From: an uncultured virus (IMG/VR IMGVR_UViG_2937164673_000001)
Lineage: Duplodnaviria; Heunggongvirae; Uroviricota; Caudoviricetes
Direction: 5' to 3' (one strand)
Virus record (IMG/VR): IMGVR_UViG_2937164673_000001
Length of the DNA stretch: 64,000 bases
Shown: in pieces, positions 8,876 through 17,735 of the stretch
How positions within the stretch are numbered: position 1 is the first letter of the stretch
How the letters are laid out: the number at the start of each line of letters is the position of its first letter
Made by a program: the position numbers and the translations under genes
Notes under the pieces: generated by a model
What the model was told of the DNA's origin: nothing
Database searches by the model: none
What the model saw: the letters and a program-made list of their open reading frames with translations, nothing else

Positions 8876-9280
8876 TTATAACTCTACCTTGGGTTTAAAC
8901 CCTTGAACACCTTGTGCAATTGAATCATTGTTTCCAAATGGATTTTTAATTGTTGGAATATCGTTTGCATCTAAGCCTCGAATATTAGCACTGTGGATTT
9001 CAGTATCGTTTAATTTTTTAACCAACTCATAGGAATTTGTCATAAATTCTAACAAGTTGTCATTAATCTTAAATGTTGATCTATCTGTAGAATAAATCCC
9101 ACCAGGACGAATAGTTAAGATATGCCGTAGAGAATCTGCGCCCCAACTATCTATAATCATTACAATATCTGTATTGTCTGCGTGTTTACCAACGGCTACA
9201 TACTTACATTGACTTTCATTAAATTTTTTAATTGTTTTCTTTAATTTCTTTCGTAATTTATTAATTTTATTTTCTGCCAT
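8876..9280 (-). CDS. Hypothetical phage protein
   Basis: ORF with AAAGGTTG RBS in a dense minus-strand operon. Confidence 0.65.
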   Translation of the reverse strand: MAENKINKLRKKLKKTIKKFNESQCKYVAVGKHADNTDIVMIIDSWGADSLRHILTIRPGGIYSTDRSTFKINDNLLEFMTNSYELVKKLNDTEIHSANIRGLDANDIPTIKNPFGNNDSIAQGVQGFKPKVEL

Positions 9281-9295
9281 TAAATCAACCTTTCG

Positions 9296-9463
9296 TTATT
9301 GTATGAAGCTCGTGTAAACAGCCCACCACAATGCCCCAAACACCATCACTAATATAAAAATCCCCGCTGGAATTTCTAGCCATGGAATATCTGAACACAT
9401 GGCGCACGCTAGAAAAACTGTAAATAGAAAGAATCCTACTGTTATTAAAAATGATAAAATCAT
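9296..9463 (-). CDS. Small 2-TM membrane protein (55 aa; below the track cutoff)
   Basis: Manual translation MILSFLITVGFFLF...WAVYTSFIQ fills the gap between neighbours. Confidence 0.6.
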   Translation of the reverse strand: MILSFLITVGFFLFTVFLACAMCSDIPWLEIPAGIFILVMVFGALWWAVYTSFIQ

Positions 9464-9475
9464 TATTTTATTAAC

Positions 9476-9691
9476 CTACCCTTTCCACGCACTGTAAATT
9501 GAACAAACTAATCCAACTAAGAAAAATGATGCTAGAGCAAATCGCCAACCAGGATGTTCAGATAACACCCATTCCGCTTTAGTAATTAATACCAGAGTAA
9601 AATCACCAAACACTGATATAAATAATGCATAAGTATTGACCGCCGCACAAAATCCTGAAGCGAATATTCCCCATTTATTCATTATTGTCAC
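9476..9691 (-). CDS. Small 2-TM membrane protein
   Basis: Hydrophobic ORF overlapping the upstream gene. Confidence 0.6.
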   Translation of the reverse strand: MTIMNKWGIFASGFCAAVNTYALFISVFGDFTLVLITKAEWVLSEHPGWRFALASFFLVGLVCSIYSAWKG

Positions 9692-9905
9692 TCCACGTTC
9701 CTCTAGGTGTTGATTTAATACGAGTGGCGTGAAGATATAGGTAAGAGAAAATATTCATATGACATTCTCTCCTTAATTGACGCCATCGAGTTCTTGAATG
9801 ATACGAGCGAATCATGAAGTGCTTAATATATCTACGATGAGAATGTTTCAAATGTTGTTCATTCCATACTATCCCCTGATGATTTACTGCTCTCTTACTA
9901 CTCAT
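9675..9905 (-). CDS. Hypothetical basic His/Arg-rich protein
   Basis: TAATG coupling to the upstream gene. Confidence 0.55.
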   Translation of the reverse strand: MSSKRAVNHQGIVWNEQHLKHSHRRYIKHFMIRSYHSRTRWRQLRRECHMNIFSYLYLHATRIKSTPRGTWSDNNE

Positions 9906-10165
9906 TAATCACACCTCTTGTAAGTTCTACGAAATTTTTCATCGCTCATAGTTCTCCAATCGGTGAATGTCACATCAAACACGGTCATATTTCCGAGATT
10001 AATAATCCACCAACCACGTTTTAGCGGCAGACAATTATTATCTTTCCGAAAAGTGAACGTTTCTCCCCAGCCATCATCAGTAATACAATATTTATTCATC
10101 ATTTCATCCGAACCATCAAACTGCTCAGCTTCAATAGCCGTTATCTTTGTGTATTTATGTAGCAT
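9905..10165 (-). CDS. Conserved-type phage protein (IEAEQFDGS motif)
   Basis: IEAEQFDGS...GWWII...FRRTY pattern common in Firmicutes phages; coupled ORF. Confidence 0.65.
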   Translation of the reverse strand: MLHKYTKITAIEAEQFDGSDEMMNKYCITDDGWGETFTFRKDNNCLPLKRGWWIINLGNMTVFDVTFTDWRTMSDEKFRRTYKRCD

Positions 10166-10368
10166 TAAGCGATCACCGTCTCTTCGAAGTAATTGTCGGG
10201 ATCAATCGGGCCGCTAACTGCAAAGTCACTATCTTTATAGAAAACAGCAGTCTGTGTTGTATTAAGCATGTCTGCAACCATTCTTTTTGCATTTTCTTCA
10301 TTCTTAGCAACTACTAAATGACCGCCAAAACGTAATCCTTCACTTTTCATTACTTCGTAAATATACAT
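10165..10368 (-). CDS. Hypothetical phage protein
   Basis: TAATG coupling at both ends. Confidence 0.6.
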   Translation of the reverse strand: MYIYEVMKSEGLRFGGHLVVAKNEENAKRMVADMLNTTQTAVFYKDSDFAVSGPIDPDNYFEETVIA

Positions 10369-10718
10369 TATTCTTCCTCCTCGTTCATTACTCGATCACA
10401 TTGAGCTAATAATCGATTTGCCCGATTGTACCCGATCTTAAAAGTACGTTGGAGAGATTGAACAGTTAATTCTTTTTTCTTTGCAAGCACCAACGCATCG
10501 GGTAAGAATTGATCAGCACGTTTAGAGTCAAGCATTGTATTACCTTTCACTCTTTCAGAACTAATCACTTTCTCCGTTGCTTCAAGAATTGATTGTTGCA
10601 TCTCACTAATAGTTTTTTGAACGTCTTGATGGTGAAGTTGTTCAATCAAATCAATCTTCATATCAATCGAAATGGGCGCTTGAATAATTTTCCTTAATTC
10701 TTGATCACTAAAAATCAT
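10368..10718 (-). CDS. Stand-alone FtsK gamma-domain (winged-helix) protein
   Basis: C-terminal DQFLPDAL...VQSLQRTFKIGYNRANRLLAQ matches the FtsK-gamma signature QRRFRIGYNRAARII; no motor domain. Confidence 0.75.
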   Translation of the reverse strand: MIFSDQELRKIIQAPISIDMKIDLIEQLHHQDVQKTISEMQQSILEATEKVISSERVKGNTMLDSKRADQFLPDALVLAKKKELTVQSLQRTFKIGYNRANRLLAQCDRVMNEEEE

Positions 10719-10732
10719 TACTATTCTTCCCT

Positions 10733-10993
10733 TCATAAATCCCGACCACAAAACGGGCAATAGCTTATGTCGATAATAAGTGCGACAGTACCTTCACCCC
10801 ACGAGGTTAAAGTCCTATTAACAGGATCGAATCCAATATCACCCCAAACATCCTCACCTGCTGAAACAATATTATCGTCTACACGTTCAAGCATTAGTTC
10901 GGTACCATCCCAAGGCGAACCGTTATACAGACTTTCGATTTTGCTTCCTACATGACAATACTTACAATTCTTCTGTTTTTCAGTTAGTTTCAT
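10733..10993 (-). CDS. Small Zn-ribbon protein (CxxC...CPFCGR)
   Basis: CKYC and YCPFCGRDL; ATG at 10993 with AGGAG RBS. Confidence 0.65.
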   Translation of the reverse strand: MKLTEKQKNCKYCHVGSKIESLYNGSPWDGTELMLERVDDNIVSAGEDVWGDIGFDPVNRTLTSWGEGTVALIIDISYCPFCGRDL

Positions 10994-11261
10994 CGGATAA
11001 ACTCCTTCCACACATAGGACAAAAATGTATTTCTTGACTGGCGCAAAGATTATACAAGAACCCCACGTCTTCTGAATCACCATTAGGTACTACATTTAAA
11101 TAATGCAGACCATCGGCATGTTCAATTTGCAAGTAGAGTAAGCCGTCAAATAACCACATTTTCTTGTATGGTTCCTGGCAATAAGTACAGCCCAACGCCG
11201 TTATAGTCTGGGCGCTTTTAACTTTCTTTTCTTTAACTAATGTCTCGATTGTTACCACCAT
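10980..11261 (-). CDS. Small Zn-ribbon protein (CxxC...CPMCGR)
   Basis: CTYC and FCPMCGRSL. Confidence 0.65.
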   Translation of the reverse strand: MVVTIETLVKEKKVKSAQTITALGCTYCQEPYKKMWLFDGLLYLQIEHADGLHYLNVVPNGDSEDVGFLYNLCASQEIHFCPMCGRSLSDETN

Positions 11262-11488
11262 CCATCGTGTTTATTTATCCAAACAGCGCTAAATGTTATT
11301 GAAGGAAGAATAACAAAGAACGTCATTAGCAATCCCCAAACCCAGTGTCCAGAACAAAAACAAAAGGTTGTTAAAAATATTGGAAGAAATATAAAAAGTA
11401 CAAAGCCGAAAACTATAGAAAGTATAATTAAATAGTACTGAAACCAGATCGGTAGAGTTGAAAACTTTTTCTTTAATTTAAAAACCAT
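11252..11488 (-). CDS. Small 2-TM membrane protein
   Basis: Hydrophobic, overlapping neighbours. Confidence 0.6.
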   Translation of the reverse strand: MVFKLKKKFSTLPIWFQYYLIILSIVFGFVLFIFLPIFLTTFCFCSGHWVWGLLMTFFVILPSITFSAVWINKHDGWW

Positions 11489-11621
11489 GCTTTACTGCTA
11501 CCTTGAGTAAATCTTGTGTCTTCGCATTACCCAAACGAATTGAACGACCTTGATCGTTAGTAATCATGTTGATTCCGTTACTACGTAAATACTTCTTAAT
11601 TTGTGCTTTTAATCCTGTCAT
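11478..11621 (-). CDS. Small basic protein (47 aa; below the track cutoff)
   Basis: MTGLKAQIKKYLRSNGI...KHGF with AGAAAGGA RBS. Confidence 0.6.
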   Translation of the reverse strand: MTGLKAQIKKYLRSNGINMITNDQGRSIRLGNAKTQDLLKVAVKHGF

Positions 11622-11639
11622 ATAGTTAAATTCCTTTCT

Positions 11640-11972
11640 TTATTGAAAATCTTGTTCTACTAATGCATGTTCACCGTTCATATCTAAACGAGGAGTTACT
11701 GTAACTCCTTTTTCTGTCTTTATTACGAGATACTGTCTTTTGGTTTTGTCGTCAGTGAGAACATAAGTATCTATTGTATCTTCACTAGGCCCATCAGAAG
11801 CTCTAGCTGGATCTTTCGCAAACTCATAATGAATTTTAGAGTCACTTTGCGGAATATCTTGCACATCGCCAAATACCTTGTTGACACCAAAACCTCCAAT
11901 GATAATCCCAACTAATAAAACCGCAGGTAAAATGATAATTTTATACTTGTTGTTCTTTAACCAATCTTTCAA
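11640..11972 (-). CDS. Membrane-anchored protein, DUF6440-like
   Basis: N-terminal TM; VLTDDKTKRQYL...GVTVTPRLD. Confidence 0.6.
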   Translation of the reverse strand: MKDWLKNNKYKIIILPAVLLVGIIIGGFGVNKVFGDVQDIPQSDSKIHYEFAKDPARASDGPSEDTIDTYVLTDDKTKRQYLVIKTEKGVTVTPRLDMNGEHALVEQDFQ

Positions 11973-11992
11973 TAAAATCCACCTTTTATTAA

Positions 11993-12310
11993 TTAAGCTA
12001 TTGCTAAAGCTGCACTCGAATCATCGTTATCATTAGATTCGTCTTCATATTTATCCTGTTCAGTAATGGCTCGCATAACAGCCACATCAAGTACATTTAA
12101 TTCCTTGGCGCTTCTCCATACTGCGTAAATTGGAGCTGCATGGTCCATATCTTTAGCAAATTCGTATGAATTACCTACTTGAACTACCGCTTCTGCAATG
12201 GTTTCATAACCATAGTCATTTTTGTATTCAATAATCTTTTCAGACAATTCTCGGGCAACGTTTTTCTTAGCATTTCGTTTACCAAATGTCTTTTCCCAAA
12301 TTGAAGCCAA
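11993..12310 (-). CDS. Hypothetical phage protein
   Basis: ORF in operon. Confidence 0.6.
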   Translation of the reverse strand: MASIWEKTFGKRNAKKNVARELSEKIIEYKNDYGYETIAEAVVQVGNSYEFAKDMDHAAPIYAVWRSAKELNVLDVAVMRAITEQDKYEDESNDNDDSSAALAIA

Positions 12311-12560
12311 ATTGTTTCATCCTTTCCGTGAACTGTTGTTGAAAGTAATTGATATTTCCAACATTATTCATGTCCACATCGTATGATTTTTGTAACTCTT
12401 TCATAAGTGGAATCTTTATAGCTTCCTGTGATATAAGTCCTTCGATAATAAGGTCATGATAATCACGCATAACGCCATTGCCCACCAAATCATCGAAGTA
12501 GTGATCTATCGCTGTTCTTTCCATGTCCTCTTCGGGATCTTTCCAAATGTTGTAAACCAT
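12279..12560 (-). CDS. Hypothetical phage protein
   Basis: ORF in operon. Confidence 0.6.
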   Translation of the reverse strand: MVYNIWKDPEEDMERTAIDHYFDDLVGNGVMRDYHDLIIEGLISQEAIKIPLMKELQKSYDVDMNNVGNINYFQQQFTERMKQFGFNLGKDIW

Positions 12561-12567
12561 AATTAAC

Positions 12568-13059
12568 TCAATCCTTCAAATTCGAAAAAGCTTCCTTTAC
12601 TAATTCAGATGTGTCATACGTCAAATCTTCTCTAATAAGTGGGTTAAATTTCTTCGTAGTCCCCATGATCTTCACTCGAAAGTCATGAACTCTTGGAACA
12701 ATAACTTCAACAGGGACTTTGTATTTATCCGCAAATAATTTGAATCTTAATGCTGCGGCAGAATCAATGGCAAATTGAGTGAATCCTGATTTAATATCAA
12801 TTACATGCTTCATTCCACCGTCTTTGTTGTAAAGAACAAAGTCTGGTGTATAAATACTAGACCTAAGTCTTAAATCACCATTTTGTAATTCGATAATAGG
12901 ATGTAACTTAAATCCTTTATGTACTTCGAACTTTAATCCAGATGGCTTAACAAAATTTTCGTAAAAGTTATATTCCTTAATTGAATCAAACTTATAGCCA
13001 TCTTTTTCTATTTTTTGTCCAAACCATGTTCCTGCTTTATTCTTCACTATGTAAGACAT
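12568..13059 (-). CDS. PD-(D/E)XK nuclease, DUF1064-like
   Basis: DGYKFDSIKE, YTPDF, VIDIK and LRFKLF. Confidence 0.75.
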   Translation of the reverse strand: MSYIVKNKAGTWFGQKIEKDGYKFDSIKEYNFYENFVKPSGLKFEVHKGFKLHPIIELQNGDLRLRSSIYTPDFVLYNKDGGMKHVIDIKSGFTQFAIDSAAALRFKLFADKYKVPVEVIVPRVHDFRVKIMGTTKKFNPLIREDLTYDTSELVKEAFSNLKD

Positions 13060-13196
13060 TCCTTTCGTTCTATGTATTAATTTTCAGGTCACAATTAATT
13101 TATTTTAGTATTTTTGTTGTGACTAAACATAAAATAAAGAGCATTAAGAATTCATATCTCAATGCTCAGTCATTATATAAAATTCAAGATAGGCAA

Positions 13197-13222
13197 GTCA
13201 CAGATTTGCATCTATCAGTAAC
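13197..13222 (-). promoter_or_regulatory. Repeated 26-bp operator-like element, copy 1, overlapping a -35
   Basis: GTCACAGATTTGCATCTATCAGTAAC; on the minus strand GTGACT-18-TATAAT. Confidence 0.7.
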
Positions 13223-13251
13223 GTTTTTTTAAAAAAGTTTTTTTGTTTCTT

Positions 13252-14616
13252 CTAAACTTCATATGAAATATCAGCAAATGTCTTGTCGGTCCTTTTTTCA
13301 ACAAAGACTGGGAATCGCAAACTAATATCATTATTGTTTTGATTATGCGTTTCTTCAAAATAGCTAATATCAACTATTTTGCCAATAATTTCATCTGGAT
13401 TATTCCAATAGAGGTCTCTATCAACCTCGGTAAAGCCAGTTCCAACCTTAATCTCATATCCTTTGTAATCAATGATAATTCCACCAAGGGTTCCTTTGAG
13501 CTTGCCTGTTCCCTCAAAGACATCCTTTACTAGGACATCAGCATCAAAGAACTCCTTAATTTTAAGTAACCCACTTGTTCGCTTGGTTACATAATATTCA
13601 TTATTAAGATTGAGCATAAGTCCTTCCCAACCATTTGGTTCAACGAATTCATGTTGCAGTTTCTTAATTATTGAAATATCAGAACCTACATATAAATCTT
13701 TAACAAGATGAATATGATCAATTGATTGTGGTTCATTGTAATCAAAGTCACTAAAAGCCATCGTTAAGAACCTTTTACGATCGTCAAATGTATTTTCAGA
13801 TTTACCATCCTCAAATTCCTTAGTGGGCAACGCGTCAAAGACATTATATTGAATATTACTCTTATCGGCAGTCTCACTACGTAATATACGTGAGGTGGCA
13901 CGGAATAAATCTTTTGTTTCCATATTCTCATCATTAGATAACAATAGCTCTCCGTCTAATACATAGTCTTCAGCACCATGATTTCCAAGCAAATCAGCAA
14001 GTTTTAACGCTTGTTCTGTTTGTGTCTCTAGTCCATTAATAGGTAATCCCTTACGCGTATAGAATTGCCCCTTGCCATTCTTAACAATGAATACAGATCT
14101 ATGACCGTCTAATTTTTGAGTTAAGGTAAATTCGTTGCCTGGAACCTTTTCTGTATACTTATGATACGGATGCGCTAATTGAACATTAAATTCACGGATA
14201 AATCCCTTGCCTAGCGCTTTATTAATAGTTTTGGCCGTGATACCGATCTTTAATTCTTTACCAAAAATTTGATAGATAAACTGCTTGGTATCATCATTAA
14301 ATAATGAAGCAAAGTCTTGAATCAAATATACAGTGGATAGGGTCCCAGTATTATGTTCCGTTATATAATTCATCAAGCCATCGAGAGTATAGTCACCAGT
14401 ATAATCCGTGGTCACAACACTTGATCTTGGGGTTTCATTCAACGTTTTTACTGATAATCCTGTACGAATAAAGTCGTCATAGACAAACTTTAATAGTTTT
14501 TTAAACTCTTCATTATCCGCATTCTTCTTTAAAATAGTAATTTTGTTGTTATTAGAGCTCTCCGCACTAATTTCATCAACAATTGCTTTTAAGTCATTAA
14601 TGATTGTTTCTATCAT
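13252..14616 (-). CDS. ATP-dependent DNA ligase
   Basis: KLDGHR, LDGEL, VFDAL, EGLML, LKIK and SLRFPVF motifs. Confidence 0.93.
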   Translation of the reverse strand: MIETIINDLKAIVDEISAESSNNNKITILKKNADNEEFKKLLKFVYDDFIRTGLSVKTLNETPRSSVVTTDYTGDYTLDGLMNYITEHNTGTLSTVYLIQDFASLFNDDTKQFIYQIFGKELKIGITAKTINKALGKGFIREFNVQLAHPYHKYTEKVPGNEFTLTQKLDGHRSVFIVKNGKGQFYTRKGLPINGLETQTEQALKLADLLGNHGAEDYVLDGELLLSNDENMETKDLFRATSRILRSETADKSNIQYNVFDALPTKEFEDGKSENTFDDRKRFLTMAFSDFDYNEPQSIDHIHLVKDLYVGSDISIIKKLQHEFVEPNGWEGLMLNLNNEYYVTKRTSGLLKIKEFFDADVLVKDVFEGTGKLKGTLGGIIIDYKGYEIKVGTGFTEVDRDLYWNNPDEIIGKIVDISYFEETHNQNNNDISLRFPVFVEKRTDKTFADISYEV

Positions 14617-14637
14617 ATTTATTATAAGTCCACCTTA

Positions 14638-15066
14638 TTATTCAAATTCGTCCGCTAATTCTTCGATAAAGCCCTCTTCGTCATTATCTTCTAGTTCTTC
14701 GTCTAGGCGAACTACTGTAATATTTTCTCCTTTGAGAGTATCTAGGCCTTCTTCGCTTAATTCTTCTATAGACGGCCAATCATAGATTTCAATTGGAGAA
14801 TCGCCATCTTCAAGATAATTAAGTTCCAAGATCCAGCAGATGCTACGTTCAACCTTACATAGCATCACATTAGCTGTTTCAGTCTTAGTTATCTTGCGCA
14901 ATAAAGCATTCATCTTAGCGTAGCAATCACAGTAAGCCTTGTAGCCTTCCAATGATTTTGTTTTAAGTAATGCTGTACGCAAATCGTACAACTGTTGCAC
15001 AACTGCAATTAATTCTTCGCTTGCGTTAAACCATTCATTAGTAATAGTAACCTGGAAAGTCTTCAT
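14638..15066 (-). CDS. Hypothetical protein with very acidic C-terminus
   Basis: ATG at 15066 with AAGAGAGG RBS inside a hairpin. Confidence 0.7.
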   Translation of the reverse strand: MKTFQVTITNEWFNASEELIAVVQQLYDLRTALLKTKSLEGYKAYCDCYAKMNALLRKITKTETANVMLCKVERSICWILELNYLEDGDSPIEIYDWPSIEELSEEGLDTLKGENITVVRLDEELEDNDEEGFIEELADEFE

Positions 15067-15206
15067 TATAAATTGCCTCTCTTGGGAAGACATAGCATTT
15101 TTATACTATGGAAGAGAGGCGCTCCTGCTTTTATTATTTGGGATTTTCATGTGTTTAGCAGCTCCCATCTGCACACCAATAAGAACTAATTAACCTCCCC
15201 ACGGTA

Positions 15207-16400
15207 TTAATTAGCCTTGTTAACATGTTCGAAACTGTCGATCCATAAGTCCTTGTCGGTCTTACTCTTCACCCATTTACCATCTTGCATAATGGTCTTC
15301 GGTCGAGCTGAAGTATCACCAACTTTGATGAGATCTCCTTTTACGATACTACTTGAGTTATAAAGTCTTTTAGAGACAAACGCTTTGACTTCTTTCCCAT
15401 GTTTAATTGAGTACAGTCCTACAATGACCTTATTGCTTCTTACTATTAGACTGGTAATAAAAGCATAATTAGATGGAATATTACTATTAGTAGTTAGGCA
15501 TCTACCTAGTAAATCATATTCGTTTTGTAGCGTAGTAATTAATGGGAAGTCATCATCGTCTAACGACTTTTCATATTCTAAACATTCGTGATATTTTTGG
15601 CTTTTACCGACGAATCTTTTATTTTTAGGCTTGTAAGTTTTGTGAAACTTTTCATAAACAGATTTTAACTTCTTCGGCGAACCGAAATCAGAGAAGAAGT
15701 TCAGCAATATTAAGTTTAACAAGTCGCGTTGTGTAACTGCAAGTGTCTGCTTGTATCCAATGGTTACTGTATTCGACTTGACTTTCACTAACTTATCCAA
15801 TTGTTTCAATTCATCTTCGTTGAACGAATTGTAAAGCTCTTTTATATCATATGTTCCAGGCTTTAAGTTTCCGTCAATACTTTTAATACTTACTTGTGAA
15901 TTATCATAGATATCCATTAATAAATCTGTAAAAGTTTTATTTTGCTTATCGTGCAATAAGTATAATTGATCTCCGACATCGCTTGATACGCCTTTAACGG
16001 AAGTCGTTCCTTCGTAAATAGTTTTCGAGTTCTTCTCTAGGTAATATCCACTTTTTGACTTACCAAACTTAAATGGTTTTAATTGAATATTATGTTCTTT
16101 AGCAAAACTAATTACGCGATTAAGTTTATCTTGCTTACCTTCCCAAATCTGGAATGCTGCCGTACACCATTCTAGTGGGTAATAATAACGTAACCAAGTT
16201 GAGATATAACCTATATAGGAATATGCCATGGAGTGATTAATTGAGAAACCATAATTAGCTGCGTCCATAAATACTTGCATAAAGTCATTTGCTATTGATT
16301 CGGCATGTTCTTGAGTATCTTGATAAACGTTTATCATTGTTTTAACGAATGCCCTTTTGATTTTAGGAACTTCTTCATCCATAACTGATTTAATTTTGTG
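15207..16400 (-). CDS. dnaE: DNA polymerase III alpha (DnaE), exon 2
   Basis: Frame opens at CAC (16400) right after the intron omega-G; YGFSINHSMAYS and LRYYYP motifs. Confidence 0.9.
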   Translation of the reverse strand, partial: HKIKSVMDEEVPKIKRAFVKTMINVYQDTQEHAESIANDFMQVFMDAANYGFSINHSMAYSYIGYISTWLRYYYPLEWCTAAFQIWEGKQDKLNRVISFAKEHNIQLKPFKFGKSKSGYYLEKNSKTIYEGTTSVKGVSSDVGDQLYLLHDKQNKTFTDLLMDIYDNSQVSIKSIDGNLKPGTYDIKELYNSFNEDELKQLDKLVKVKSNTVTIGYKQTLAVTQRDLLNLILLNFFSDFGSPKKLKSVYEKFHKTYKPKNKRFVGKSQKYHECLEYEKSLDDDDFPLITTLQNEYDLLGRCLTTNSNIPSNYAFITSLIVRSNKVIVGLYSIKHGKEVKAFVSKRLYNSSSIVKGDLIKVGDTSARPKTIMQDGKWVKSKTDKDLWIDSFEHVNKAN

Positions 16401-17735
16401 CGATAGTTATTAACCATAGGCTTTTTATCCTATGCTCTGGAGGTTTCCCCCATTTTCATCGGACGGTCAATTCCGCCCCAGTCTAGCATACATTCTCACC
16501 CTCGTTTAACGTTAGGCTTCTAGTTGGCAAAACTAGCAAGACGTCTACTATATAGACGAGTGGAGGACTCTCGTGGATGGGTTATATTCTCATATATGAG
16601 TTTCACCATCTATGCGTTACAATGCCATATACTATTAAATATACAGTTATCTCGGAATTAGCGTAATTGAGTTGACTATTGTCTATTTATGCATTTAATA
16701 ATTCAACGAATTTATCATGTTTTCTGGGAAGATAAAAATTAGCATCTTCGTACAATATCTTAAATAATTGCTTTGCTTGCTTCTTACCATATGAGATTTG
16801 ACATGCTCCTTCCTTTTGCACAATGGATGTTTGCAGTCCTGTGAAGTCAATAATAGACATACACATTTTCTCATTCGTAGAAAAGCCGACAGAGTAGTAG
16901 CTGTGTCGAAATTCCCTTCTGAAACTAACATGCCCCTCAGCATCAAAAAAGCCTCTTAAGAAATGTGCTTTTAGCTCATTTGAAAGTTGATCTGGGAATT
17001 TTTCAAACCCCGTCTTTCTTGGAATTACTCCATAATCTATTAGGCTTTTAACCATATGCACGCTCGTAAGCGATACATACGATGCCTTCTTTAATTTCCC
17101 TTGGGGCGATCTCGCCATGTAGTCATAAATATCGTAATTGGCTCCAATATCTTTTAGGAACTCCTCTATAAGCAGTCTATCGTCATACTGCACCTTCAAT
17201 TTTAGAGAATATTGACCGTTATATATAGATACATTGCCATCAGCCATGATCCAGCCTAGCCAATAGGCTTTTCTTTGGTTATCGATTAGATCAAAGTAAT
17301 CTTCTTTTTGTATTTTAGAAGTTGGCCCCTTGTGTCTCGCTATCCCCATTTTATGAACATGATAATTCACAACTCCCTCTTTTACGTTGAGTTGCTCAGC
17401 AATTTCTCGCTCATATTTACCACTCAGATACAATTTTCTAATCTTTGATTGGAACCTTTCAACCTCTTGAGGTGTACGTTTAGTTTTCCTCGCCAATCCT
17501 AACTCTTTAATATATCTACTTACTGACGATGAACTATATGGCGTAATATCAGCTATTTTAGTACAGCTTAAACCACTCTTATATAATTCAACTATAGTAT
17601 CAATATCATTCTGCGTATATTTCATTATTATTGTCTCACCTCATTACTATGAGACAATAATCAACTCAATTTTAGCCTTCTCCGATTTAGCCCTCTTTCA
17701 CATAATGTGTTTCCACATTAACAGGCAACAAATTT
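16401..17735 (-). mobile_element. Group I intron (1335 nt) in phage dnaE
   Basis: 5' splice site after U in P1 (AGGU/GCCU); P4 AAUCGGAG..UUCCGAG; P7 GCAUA/UAUGC; omega-G at 16401; P10 UUUGU/ACAAA. Splicing gives in-frame RRGIG-HKIKSVMDEE. Confidence 0.9.
16687..17625 (-). CDS. Intron-encoded LAGLIDADG homing endonuclease with N-terminal HTH repeats
   Basis: YWLGWIMADGNV and HFLRGFFDAEGHV motifs. Confidence 0.9.
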   Translation of the reverse strand: MKYTQNDIDTIVELYKSGLSCTKIADITPYSSSSVSRYIKELGLARKTKRTPQEVERFQSKIRKLYLSGKYEREIAEQLNVKEGVVNYHVHKMGIARHKGPTSKIQKEDYFDLIDNQRKAYWLGWIMADGNVSIYNGQYSLKLKVQYDDRLLIEEFLKDIGANYDIYDYMARSPQGKLKKASYVSLTSVHMVKSLIDYGVIPRKTGFEKFPDQLSNELKAHFLRGFFDAEGHVSFRREFRHSYYSVGFSTNEKMCMSIIDFTGLQTSIVQKEGACQISYGKKQAKQLFKILYEDANFYLPRKHDKFVELLNA

